From assembly GCA_973895155.1 (NCBI GenBank), contig OZ316891.1, positions 6,667,708 to 6,731,707 of the forward strand: a DNA stretch of 64,000 bases. The letters run 5' to 3'. Positions 46,512-59,202 of the stretch are shown piece after piece (position 1 is the first letter of the stretch; each line of letters starts with the position of its first letter). The DNA comes from Marsupella aquatica (Eukaryota; Plantae; Marchantiophyta). The translations under genes were made by a program, and so were the position numbers. The notes under the pieces are model-generated. The model was not told where the DNA came from and searched no databases. It was given only the letters and a program-made list of their open reading frames with translations.

Positions 46512-48196
46512 ATGAGTCGACTCCCAGATCACCTTGACACCTTTCTTGTCAAATCAGCTGAACCTGAGATTGACGATGTCTTTGTCTCTGATGCTCTTAA
46601 TCATCCACCGTGGAAGGCGGCTATGCAAGAAGAATTCGACGCACTTCTCCAGATGGGCACCTGGGAGCTTGTCCCTCTTCCTCCAGGGAAAAGGGCCCTT
46701 TCGGCAAAATGGATTTTTCGGTCCAAACCGGACCTCAATCCTACTTGGTTTCAACTTAAAGCCCGTCTGGTGGCACGTGGCCTTGAGCAGAAATATGGCA
46801 TCGATTACTACGAAACATTTGCCCCCGTGGTAAAATGGTCCACACTCCGAACAATCATTGCTCTGGCTATGGCACATGGCTGGGAACTTCACCAACATGG
46901 ACGTAATTACTGCGTTCTTAAATGGCACTATCACTGAGGAATTATACATGCAACAACCACATGGCTTTGCTATTACTGGACTGGAACACTTAGTCTGTCG
47001 CCTCAAACAATCTCTTTACGGCCTTAAACAATCCCCATGCGCCTGGTACCACAAAATCGACTCTTACCTTCAGAGTACCAGTTGGACCAGGAGCTCAGCT
47101 GATGACAATTTGTACTTCCTCTGTGACGGCCCCTCTTTGGTGATACTTATGCTCTACGTAGATGATCTTCTGGTTACTGGCAATGATCCTTCCAAAATTT
47201 CATCAGTCAAAGCTTAGCTTCAACACAAGTACAACATGAAAGATCTCGGCCCTGTCCAGAAATACCTTGGCATCGAATTTCTCCATAATCCTGAAGGACT
47301 TCTTCTTCATCAACAATCCTATTGTAAGAAGCTCGTTTCAGGAATTTGGCATGGTCAACTACACTCCTGAATTTGTTCCTCTTCCTGAAGGGCATGTTCT
47401 CACTTCCAACACAGGCACGTCTCCCGTTGACATTACCGATTATTGCCACGCTGTTGGCAAACTCATCTTTCTCACTCATACTCGACCTGACATTGCATAC
47501 GCTGTTGGTATTGTCAGCCGCGCTACATGATGAAACCTCAACAACGACATTGGGAATCTGTGAAACATATCCTTCGCTATCTCAGTCACACCTAGGATTA
47601 TGGCATTTACTACCGTCTATCCCCTACCATTTCTCTTGCCGGCTACACTGATGCTGACTTCCTGGGCTGCCCTGAAACTCGTCGCTCCATCGGCGCCTAC
47701 TTATTTGAGCTTGCTGCTGGCCCCATTTCCTGGTCCAGCAAACAACAAACCCACTGTGTCTGACAGTACTACCGAGGCTGAATACAAAGCTCTTTCAAAA
47801 GGTGCTAAGGAAGGAGTCTACATTCGTTGCCTTCTCAAAGAACTTGGTGTCAACTCCTCTCTTCAGGTGCCACTTACCTTATCTGGCTCTCCCATTTTCT
47901 CTGATCTTTCGCTGGCCTCAACGCCCTCTTCTCTGGATCTTCACTTACATTGCGACAATCAGGGGTCTATCAAGCTTGCTAGAAATCTGGTGTTTCATGC
48001 CCGTACCAAACATATCGAGGGGAAGCACCATTTCATACGTGAATGGGTGCTAGAGGGGGAGATTTCCCTCTCCTATGTTCACTCATTGGAAAATCCTGCT
48101 GATCTTCTCACTAAACCACTTGGGAGACTCAAATTTGAGAAACATAGATCCTTTATTGGAATAAGGTTGGTTACACATATGTCTGGCTACTCCTAA
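46512..48196 (+). pseudogene. Copia reverse transcriptase and RNase H, frameshifted
   Basis: WKAAMQEE, KARLVARG, QMDV.TAFLNG, SLYGLKQ, LYVDDLL, TRPDIAYAV, TEAEY, CDNQ, RTKHI, ADLLTK. Confidence 0.93.
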
Positions 48197-48199
48197 TCA

Positions 48200-48496
48200 C
48201 TAACTGTGTCTCAGCTCATACTGCCGATCTACTTCTTCTATCCCCACACTCGGATAATATACTGCTAGGAACCGCTTTGCCTCTGCATATGTTCTAAAGG
48301 ATTCATGACAATTCCCCGAGTATTGTGTCACTTGCTTATCTGCCTCGGCCCATGTTCTATATATTCCTGGAACTCGGCCTACCGCCACTGCATAATACTT
48401 CTTCGGCGCCTCCGCTCCTCCTCTGATTTGGGCCAATTGGCCTTCTCCCCTGCTCCATGCCGGCTGCCGCCTTAGTACTTCTTGTCTCTGCTGCAT
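48200..48496 (-). CDS. Antisense ORF inside the Copia element encoding an RNase H1 N-terminal hybrid-binding (Cauli_VI-like) domain; probably extends to 48867 across a frameshift
   Basis: KKYYAVAVGRVPGIYRTWAEADKQVTQYSGNCHESFRTYAEAKRFL matches the HBD consensus YYAV..GR.pGIY..W.e...qV.g......k.F.t..eA..f. Confidence 0.85.
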   Translation of the reverse strand: MQQRQEVLRRQPAWSRGEGQLAQIRGGAEAPKKYYAVAVGRVPGIYRTWAEADKQVTQYSGNCHESFRTYAEAKRFLAVYYPSVGIEEVDRQYELRHS

Positions 48497-51400
48497 CTCT
48501 GCATTGGCGGCGTATGTTCCTACTGCCTTCGTCGTGCCAATTGCTCTCGATTTCCGTGTTCTTCTCTCAGCGTCAACGTTTTCCCTGGGAAACTCAACAC
48601 CCTCTCTCCTTCCTGAAATCTCATTTCAGAGGGGGCATTGTCTGCTTCCACCTTCCTCTCGGTCTTTGGTTTACGTTCCTGCTCCAGCTCTATTTTTGCG
48701 ATTCCCAGTCTCTCAACTGCTGCACCAACTTCACACAAATCTGGTGACATTTTTGGAAGCACCACGTACCTTGTCACCTCCAGTCCCACTATGACGATTT
48801 TGATCACGCTGCGGACCACCCACTCTCGTCGTCGCCCTTGTTCCGGCTGCATCGTTGTCATTTGCATCTCTGTGCCTCGTTCCTACCTCTCTTCCTCGAG
48901 AGGGGGTGTTGGAACTCTCACAGTTCCACTTGCATCCGCGTCAGAGAGGTTGTTATTGTGGTCCGTTACCACTTGCTTCTTCTGACCACTTGTGCGAGTT
49001 ACCGGCTTCCCGTTCTGCTGCTCTGTGTCTGATCCCTTGTGTGGGCCTCATTGCACTCTCTGCTCCGCTCTGTGCTTCACCTATTTAGTGTGCTAGTTCC
49101 TCCCCTTGCCATAGAGCAGATGATCATAGTCTAGCTTTCAACAGACATTGACATTGAGGTCTCTAAATCTGATTGCATGCTGGCACAACCGCACAAGCCT
49201 CCTGGTTTTGTGAGGACCTTGGGTTAAACTTACATTTCTTGTGTGATGACTGAAAAACGATTCTGTCAGAATGGTAACATCACATATGGTTCCAAAATGT
49301 TGCCTTGATGATATCTTATTATGAAGTAGCCTTCCTCTGCATCACTCACACCTTGTTTTCCCCCAAATTGCCACCACACATGATATCACACGTCTGTCAA
49401 GGGATCTTGTATTTGGTAGTGGTTGACGCATTAGTACATGTGTACTATTGAGAGAGTTACATATGAGTTCTGGTCATGCAAGCGAATTCAACAATCAGCC
49501 AAGTCTAGAGTGCGCAAGTTTAGAGTGCGCAAGAATGGTGAAGTATGCCCTTGTGGTGGTTGCCAGTGTAAAATCTCAGCATACAGCAACTTGAGGGGCC
49601 AATGGAAAGTGCTCCTTCTTTGGGGCTGGTATACACTTAAAGAGAATTTGCGAGTGCACTTCTCTACTAATGGACAATAAGGTTCCTAGCTACCTAATAT
49701 AATTGTATTCAATATAACCTTGGTTTCAGTAGCTTTCTGGAGATGGTATTTCTATCATGATGATAGGGGCATACTCTTAAATACAATAAAAAATAGTGGT
49801 AGCACTGTCAATTGGAACCTCTATAGTGGCGAATTAGTTAAAAGTTGTTTTTACTACGAGAGGATCTTCTTAACCAGACAGATTGTACTCCAATTGTATG
49901 AACCAGTTAGTCTTGTCCTTGCAGAACCAGGTTTGCTTGCCATTATTTGTCGACCTCTAGAAACTTTGCTTGAAATGGATTTGTTATGATTATTTGTTGG
50001 TCCTGGGGCCATGCTAGTATTTGGTTCATTCTATAAACTCTACTTCAAATCTAACAGTACAACGTCTCCACACCTTCTTGCAAGCTGCATGGGAGATCGA
50101 GACTAGTCACCATTTTATAGTATGGATTGAAGGGAAATTGCAGACTCTGAAAATGGGATAGCTGAAAACCTCTGAATGTAGTTTTATGCTCACAGCTTGC
50201 CTGGATGGCAATAATGGAATAGACGCTTATACGAAGTCCCTATCATCATGATAGAAATACCATATCCAAAATGGAAAAGACCAAGCCAGGAAAAGACTTG
50301 CTCCTAAGTAGTCTTTTGCATTACCATTCTAAAGGTAGTCTTCCTTGTGCCTAAAACAAACAAAATAGTCTTATACCAAACGACAACAAGCAAAACAACA
50401 ACAACAAATCTCTTATACCATTGTAATGCACATGTCAGTCTAGAAAGTAGTTGCACATGTATCTTGTAAGTACCTACTTTAAAAGCAAGTACATCCATGG
50501 GTATTCCCTTGCATTGGCTATCCCTTTCACTCAATCCAAGGGTAATAAAATCACTGAAATATATTTGATGGTATTGGTTTGTTCCTTCCTTTTCCACTTT
50601 TGTAAATTGCATGGAAGCTTTTAGGTAGGATACTTAGCTTTTGTAATTCATTTTTGATTTGAAATATAATATTTATGTACTACCCCATTGCACGTGCATT
50701 GCACAATTGTCATTACAGCCATTTCATTGTTGTGACTATTTCATTGGTACCATTAATTATCATTGTGGCCATTTCATTGTTAGGATCAATTATTGTTGTG
50801 GCCAATTTATGCTTGGGGCCATTGTGTCCTTGGTCAATAAGGTTATTGCAAAAAGGAAGTTAGGATTTACTGTTAAATGTAACTTGGAAAATAGAGAGAA
50901 TAGAAAAAATAACTCATCGTGAGAATAGAGAATAGAGAGAATCTTGCTGGGCCCACATATAGAAAAAATAATTCATACAGAAAATAGAAAAAATAAGATA
51001 AAACTATTCTCCTCTCTATAAACTTTAAGTTTTTTTCTGCTTGCCTATAAATAATCTCTAATTTGTATTTTTCTCTTTCTATACTTTTACTATATGTCAA
51101 TGGGGCAATCAGGTGTCCAATTTAATGTGGGGTTTACTCAGATTTTCTTGTCAGGTACACCTACCCATAATAACCACATGTCAACTCACACTCAATTTTC
51201 AAACATTTTGGATGTTAGTCCATGATGATTCTAGGTGTGGGTGGAAGCGCATCTGTGACCCAAGCACTTTAAATACAAGGATCATAATGAGTTTCCTCCA
51301 AAAATGCATTTTGTAAGTACACTGGCATTAAAGTAACCTGGACGGCATAATGACTGCAGTGGCTGCAGTTCAGTAGTTGGCTTTAGAATGACTCTGGGGC

Positions 51401-52713
51401 CTATTCAGGTATGGTGGCTAAGCCCCTACATAGCAAGTACTGTAGTGGGGCCAACAAAATGTTGAGTGAGTGGTTATTCCGTTGAGTATTTTAGACCACA
51501 TCAAAGGTGGTCCAAACTCCAAACATTTCCAAACTTTGGCCCCTGCATTCAAGAATTTTTATTTATCTAACTTCATTTCATAAGTCTGGAGTCTATCTTT
51601 AGAACAAGAAGTGGCCCTCCAATTGTGATTGGGTAAACAAGTTACAAGTGCCCATTGTAAGGTCACCCTTAGGTGGATGACTCTGATGGGTTCAACAAAG
51701 GAGATGGATGATGGGGTTGAACCTAGGTTGAACTCCTACTCTCCTGGAACTCTGGACGAGCTGAGTAGGTCCATGAGACTAGGAACTGTCTTCTTAATTA
51801 ATGCCACAATTCAACATCAATCCTTGACCAAATTCAATTCTGGCTTAACTCCCTTGGTAGGTTGAGTCTAGAGGTGGGTGAAAACAAGAAATCCCAAACT
51901 TGAACATTGACTTGATGTCATGGGAATCAACGCCCCAAATCCTGCCCCCAAATTAAGCATAGCTCCACCACCCTAGATTACACTTCAAACCAACCAGTCC
52001 TCTTGATCACAAGGACTGGCATGATTATGCTCCAACCCATGACCCAATTATTTTTGGGAGACTCCTCGACCAGATGTCCCTTAGTTTGGCCGTTTAGAAC
52101 AATTTATTCTAGTGGCTGAGGAGTCGAGAATTGGCTTTAGAGTGAATGGAAATTTGGAGAATTCTGCACTCGGAGTGATGAATTGGGATATGGTAGAAGA
52201 AGTGGAAGAATTTGCAATCATACAATTTCAACATTCGTGGAGCTGTTGAATGAGCAGGCTGGGTACAGCAATCAGTCGAGTGCAAAGTCAACTGGGGTTG
52301 AGAAAGAACAGGACTGGGATTCTGGGAAGGTAGACCAAACAGAGGAGTAGGGGAGGAGCTACTCTGTAGACGAGGGGGCCAGAAGATGGCACTAAAAGCT
52401 GTCCTTTTGTGCTCAGCATCAGTCTAATTCGTCAGCACAGCTCAAGCAGCATCGTTGCCTCCATCTCCTTTGTTTTGTGTCTCTGTCTTCGTTGCAAAGC
52501 CACGGTTGTTGGCATCTTCTCGGAATTGGACACATCTCCAGCGACTCAGAAGTGGTGAAGAGCTTGGTTTCTTGATTGGGGCTTGTTGTGAAGGAAGCAT
52601 TGCTGCTGCTGGAGAAACTGCAAGGGAGAGATCTGCTGTTGCTTTTCTGCAGTGATTGAAGCGAGGAGCAGCTGGAAGGAACGACTGCTACTCTCTCAGG
52701 TCCGACCAAGACG

Positions 52714-55323
52714 ATGGTGGTAGTGGAGCAGATGGACCCAGTTCAGCAGCGGCTGATGTTCGACGATGAGTGAGAATTCGCACTCTGTTGTAATGGGATT
52801 TGATCGGGAACTCTCAATCTTTGTCAGTGCAGAGGGAGAGTTAAAGAGAGGGAGCGGAGGGCGAGGCCGGTAGAGAGAGGGAGTAAGGGAGAAGTGCAAC
52901 GTGGCTGTAAGCCGATGAAATTGAGTGACAGTTTAACAAATATGGAGAGTGAGTGACAACTTAACAAATATGGAGATCATTGAATTTGTGGGCGGTGTTA
53001 TGCTCTGTCTCTGGCAAACAGTTGCGTAACTCTGCACTGCAAATCCTGATCAGTTTCAGCTAGGAATTTAACTTCGTTTGCGGCAGGCGTGTTGGCCAAA
53101 GATGTGAAGAGGGGGATTTACAGAGGAAAAGGAGAAGGAGAGGGATTAAATGGATGAATTAATCTAATGCAAAGAGTTTCCAACGTCTATCAAAGGGAAT
53201 AGATGAATTAATCAAATTCAAAGATTTCCAAACGTCTGTCAATGCAAGACAGATCAGGCTGCCGGATAAAGTCTAAGTCGATCGTGCTCCAGCATTTGCG
53301 CTGACCTACCGATTTCCAATCAGAATGGGAAAGAAATGGGGAAATTGTTTCATGTTGTCCGTTGAAGAGGTGCTTGAGTTCTTTCTGGTCCGTCCGTAGC
53401 CCGCCCCAGAAACTACTGTAGAAAATGAAGTGTTCCTTGTCATTCAGTATCTGTTCATCACAATGTGCAGGTGCATCCTCGTGGACGAGAAGGACAATGT
53501 GGTCGGCCACGATTCAAAGTACAATTGTGAGGCTCTGTCTATCTCCCTTTTGTCGAGGGCTTTGGATTCTTTAGTCCGTTGGGGACCGTCTGTTTCCTGC
53601 TGCTCCAGTACTCGATTATTGACTTCTTGCTTAGCAAATAAGGAAAGATGGTGCTCTCCGTGCATTTAGAGAGTTGTCGGCTCTCAATTCTAGGGTCGAT
53701 CTGAAGGCTCGAGATTCTTGGTCGTAGGAGGAGTTAGATCCACAGTCTAGCATTTTTCTTGGGAGCCCTCAAAATTATTCTCTTCAGGCGTCAAAGAATA
53801 TTTTGCTCCAGGGAAAAGATTTGAAAGAGATTGAAGAAGTGGGAACTCTCACTCCGCGGTCACGGCAACATTTTCAATGTCAGGTCATCTCATGGAGAAA
53901 ATCGAGGCAGAGAATTTACTGCATCGTGCCTTCAGCGTTTTCCTGTTCAACTCGAAGAACGAGCTTCTGCTCCAGGTAAGCAGTTGCCCTCCAGATCACT
54001 GGTGAAAGTGTTCATACTTCACATGTTGTCAATTTGAAAGTATATTTAGGAGGAATCCCGCGGTAGTTCCTTTCAAGGGGATCTTTATTCTTAAACTGAG
54101 AATACAGAGCTGCAAAAGTTTCTCGTTGTGATATTTACAAACATTCCATACAATCCTGGACAGCCACCCTTGCAGGGACAGGGGACTCTTAAAGAAGACT
54201 AGAAAATGTGGGTATTGAAATGTAAACAAGAAAGCATGCGAATTACGGTTACACTTTCGCATTTTGAAGCTTTTTCGAGTGAAAAATGTGGTTAGTGATG
54301 GCGCTAAGTAGGACTGGAAACTGCCTGAAGTTACTGTCATTGGATGCTTACATGGTTGGCAAGAATTGATAACTCTTTACTTGTGAACTTACAAGAATTT
54401 CTTTGTGTGCTAGTTGGGACTCAAAAACAGTTTTATCATGCGTAATTACATCACTTCTATGTTTGTTTTTTGAAGAAACGTTCTGCCACGAAGGTGACGT
54501 TCCCTTTGGTTTGGACCAACACCTGTTGTAGCCATCCCCTGTATCGGGAGAGTGAGATGATCAGAGAAAACCATTTAGGTGAGCTTAAACATTGTTTTCT
54601 TTGAAAGGCTCTGCAAATCGGGTGGTGAATTAGTGGCATCACATGATGCTGTTGTAAGGTGCTGAAATTTCTCTTCTTGGAAGACTTTGTGCTCATGGTT
54701 CATGGACCCTGGGCCATTGCTGAGCTAAATCTTGGAACTGGACGACTACAGGTGTCAGGAATGCTGCTCAGAGAAAACTCTTCGATGAACTTGGTATTGA
54801 GGCTAGTGATGCACCCGTTGATAACTTCACATGTTTGGGCCGCATTTTGTACAAGGCTGCCTCAAATGGAAAGTGGGGAGAACATGAAGGTACGTCTTCG
54901 CCTTTGTTCGTGCTCTATCAGTTATTGCATGACCCCATTAGCAAGTGTCCGGAAACGTTTGGAATGAGATCCCATGGTCTGAAGGAGAGGTTGTATAGAA
55001 TGTCTCGCAATATTTCATGCCAAAAAGTTTGACTAACATTGCCATTGATTGAACGTGTTTGGGTTGCAGTAGACTACCTAATCTTCATGAAGAGAGATGT
55101 AACGGTGAAGCCAAACCCAGAAGAAGTTGCCGACACCATGTATGTTACCAGAGAACAGTTGAAGGAACTTGTGAAGAAAGCCAAGGCTGGTGAAGACGGA
55201 GTCACACTTTCTCCCTGGTTCCAACTTGTAGTTGAGAATTTCCTCTATGACTGGTGGAAAAAGTTGGAGGAGGGAACTTTGTTGGAGGTTGCAGACATGG
55301 AGACTATCCACAAGTTGACTTAG
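52714..55323 (+). CDS. IDI: Isopentenyl-diphosphate delta-isomerase (type 1); exons ~52714-52769, 53471-53526, 53884-53975, 54476-54578, 54752-54889, 55070-55323
   Basis: MDPVQQRLMFDDECILVDE, LLHRAFSVFLFN, TFPLVWTNTCCSHPL, WGEHEVDY, PNPEEVAD, SPWF, TIHKLT. Confidence 0.94.
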
Positions 55324-58300
55324 TTCAACTTTCAGTGAAGGAAAGGAAAAACTGAAAGGACACTGTCTGCCGGATTCAAATGTAGCTGCCAAGTCAGGCA
55401 ACATTTGAATATGAATGTTTTAGTTTGTCTGCACCCTCTTTTGGACAAAAGCTGAGTTCTGTTGAGCCAGGATCTCCATGGTGAAAGTTGATACTCTGAG
55501 ACGCCGATGCTCTCAGAAGTCTTCTCACAAGTTGACAGAACTCTTTAACGAGAGGAGCATGTCTGCCTTTATTTGCATAAAAACGAAAAAATTAAATGCC
55601 TTCGGTTTAGAAGGAGCATTTCGGTCAGTAATATTGCGTGATTGAGGCTGCAGGTGTTTGAATGCCAGGGGCTATATGGTGCGGTTGGGCATCTTTGATC
55701 TTTGCATCTACCATCACTAGGTATTGCAAATGAGATAAGTGAACATCTGTATATATTCGACTGAACCTTGAGGAATGTCTCATTTACAATGCTAACAGTT
55801 TCAGCTCTTAAATATAGAAATTCCCGAGTACAATCCAGGCTTGCATGTGTCATATAATTGTTAACTGGTAATTAGGTGACATCTTGCCTTCTCGTCCAAC
55901 ACTTCGAGATTTCTTAAACGCTTCCTTATATCTGCACGATCGAACTTCTCTCCAGCAAGAGGCTCAACAACTTTGGCTTCTACACGTCTCACTATGCCGA
56001 TTGGTTTGACCCTAGGTGCTTGGCCAGCTGTATGAGTTGCCTATACAGCATCAAGCCACCACTACCTCAGCTTTCCCCTTGGAAATCCCCAAATCGTTGA
56101 AGCTTTTTTGCTGGGTCTAGTTTAAATGAAATCGATTTAAAGAAAATTCATCAACCACATTGGCTTTACATCGGGAATAAAAGGACCATCATAATTGACG
56201 TTGTGAATGAAGTAAGTGGAGACCTCCCTTGCTCATTGCATTCTTTCGTCCTTGTCTCTGAGCTTGCAAGTTTGAGCTAAACTAAGTTATGTTCGTAATT
56301 ATGGTATTAATGTATTAATTCCCGAAAAGAAAGTTGTATTCCCGATCGAAGTATTTTTGCCGGAAGCAGCTCAAATGGCTGAGGTTGAATTGAAACGTGC
56401 ACTTGAACTCTCTATCCCTCGTTATCCCTTTGACTTGAATGCCCATGAGTGGCTTTGTTTTTAATGAAAACGGGAAGTGCACCAAATGAAACACATGAGT
56501 TACTTTAGGCTCGCAAATAGTGTTCCTCATATGGACGATCTTCCCCTAGGTCAGCCCTGGCTACCTGTTTCCTTAAACCCTAGACCCTTTCCCACTGTCC
56601 CTCCCTAATTAAATCATTACATGTCTTCAGTCCTCTCCTGACATTTCTGAAGCCTCAACAGACACCTGGACATTCCCTCGATCAGGGCCGGGCGTGTCAT
56701 CACACCCACCTTTATCTTATAAAAGGTAACCAAAAAAGTTGAACTGCCACCAATGTCCTGTAAAGCCACCCTTGAATTCCAAAACGTTTCGTTTCTTTTC
56801 ACTGGAAAATTAATGATCAGTTCATTTTACATTGAAAAATATTCACAAAGGTAAATTTCGCAATTTTGGGTTTGGTGTTACAAAAACCTACTAACAACAG
56901 ATCAAGACAAGCTCAGCTAGAACTGTGGAAGTCTGAATCTAATTATCCATGTATCATTGAGAAGAAGAGGACTCTTACTCACTCCAAAGATCGATCTTCA
57001 CAAACAATAACTTTATTAATGACTCAGTCAGAGGAGCACTTCGCAAATGGGAACTGATGTACGTCACTCTTCCTTTATACACCGTATCTAGATCGACGCT
57101 ATATATCTATCATCTCATTATGGGTGCAATAGGGGTCTGGAGTCCAACCTTATTCATACTTTTCACCATGCATGCATTCGGAGTCTGAATCTAAGGATAC
57201 TCTAGGTGTATTTCAGTTTGAGATTTGAGGAGAGAACCAGAAGAATGTCAAAACCTCTCCTCATGAAACGTACACTTGCGTTGAGATGTATTTAAGTTGC
57301 TCAAAGCTGAATGGTATGCATCGAAGGAGAAACTGGTCAATGCGTAGACGGGAGCGTAGACGACAGTGCTGCCATCTAACGACCCTAATGCGACCTCTCT
57401 AGCTGTCAGTGCTGCCAAAACCTTCTGTTTCAATAAGAGACTTGAATCGTTGTGCCTAGCGTTGAATTTTGCAAGGTCGATCCGTAGCATACCAATTTGG
57501 AAACAATATATAGCTTGTCGACAAGAGCTACCAGGTCCACTTACATCTGGCATCTTTGAAGTCCAACGTGAATGCAAGCATGCAACTCAGGAACCGTTCT
57601 GCATATCGAAAACATATATGCCTGCCCGGGATGCCAAAGTTGCCCATCATGTGCAGTTTCCGTCTTGCCAAGAACACTTTATATATTCCACAATCCGAAT
57701 ACTGAATGACTGATTGAAGGAAATTCAATCCGTCTCCACCCATCCTTGGCTGGATGATAAACGTAAAAAAACATTACTGACAATACCCTCAAGCTTTTGG
57801 ACTTGTTGATTACCATATTGAACCTCTAGAGGAAAATATCCATCTTAAACAAAAAGTACGTTCTTCTCGAATTGGTGCCACTTTCTGATGTTCTCAGAGA
57901 GCAATCATGGGCCCTACAGGAGACAAGCCAATCTCAGGCTCAACAGAAGCATGGCCTTAGGGGACAATTACTCAATGATAGAGATGGAAGGATTTGCTGT
58001 GACAATATAGCGTAATTATGTGGCTACAGGCTTACATCCAAGAAATAGAATGTGTGATAAGGCACAATTTATGTGTAGATGTGTAAATTACTCCAGGGCC
58101 CAATTTAATAAGAGTAAACTCTAAATATGCATGTTTACTTACAAACCAAAAATTATAAAGAGTCATTTGATTTTAAATTTATTTTAGATATCTTGCTCTA
58201 TATATGAAAAATCTGAAAAATTCCAATGCTAGATAGCCTTGCAAAATCTAGAATTCATGTTTTTCTTAATGTATATATCCTAGGTTAGAGAAAATAGATT

Positions 58301-58924
58301 ATAATTATTAATATGCTAAAACAGACTATTTGGTTTTGTGATAAACAAATACCTCTATTTGTGTTTGCTTCATTTTTGGTGTAACCTTTGCCACCCCCAT
58401 GCTATCAAAACACACTGTAAAAATAACAAACTGTTAAGGAAGTGACAAGTAAAATTTCACTCATAATTATTTTTATTACTTAGTATTTTCAGAAAATAAA
58501 AGAAACCATTGGAAAATAGAATTTTATGCTATAACAAAATTTGAGGACCCCATATATCAGTGTTACAAGTAACTACCTAGCAAAAGCTTCTATCTCCATA
58601 GATGACACTATGGAACAAAGAAATTCATACCAACAAGCAATTTAATTAATTTGAGAATGATTCAATTTGCATGAAAGCTACATCCATCCTAGAGGGCGAT
58701 TTTGGAATTGGCGTTTGCACAAAATCTGAATTGCTACTCCTGTTGCTGTAGATTGGTGGTAAAGACATTGACACACACTAAATAGAATTATTTTGCAGGC
58801 CAGTGCTGCAGTTTTCCACTTTGATTGCAGTTTTACATCTCGTGGCTCTCGTGAGATTTTCATCACTTTTATCGCCTCTTGTGTTGACCAATGCTTGCTT
58901 AATTTCCATTCTGCCAAACCATCA

Positions 58925-59202
58925 ACATCTGCAGTTACCCTTTGTATCGCATGCTTAAGCCCCGGCTTAAGCTTGTGCTTAAGTCATCCATGTCCGTATG
59001 TAAGCATTACATTCAATAATCTCATGAAAAAATTGTATCACGAGTCCTTCCACTTATGTAATAATACATATTAGAATCTGACATCTGCAACCCTTTGTAT
59101 TGCATGCAAGTCATCCACGAACTTAAACATTATATTCAATTTTCTCATGAAAAGATTGCATCACAAGCCCTCCCACTTGTGTATATACATATTAGAATCT
59201 GA
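58925..59202. repeat. Diverged two-copy tandem repeat (~155 and ~122 bp)
   Basis: acatctgca..ccctttgtat.gcatgc...atacatattagaatctgac occurs twice. Confidence 0.7.

Larger units (their letters stand above)
45862..49143 (+). mobile_element. Ty1/Copia LTR retrotransposon, internally deleted (no recognisable gag/protease/integrase core)
   Basis: 237-bp LTRs at 45862-46098 and 48907-49143. TSD GACAT at 45857-45861 and 49144-49148. tRNA-iMet PBS TGGTATCAGAGC at 46099-46110. PPT GAGAGGGGG before the 3' LTR. Confidence 0.96.

Noticed and set aside
57248-57743. Possible gene fragment
   Set aside because: No recognisable motif or consistent exon structure.
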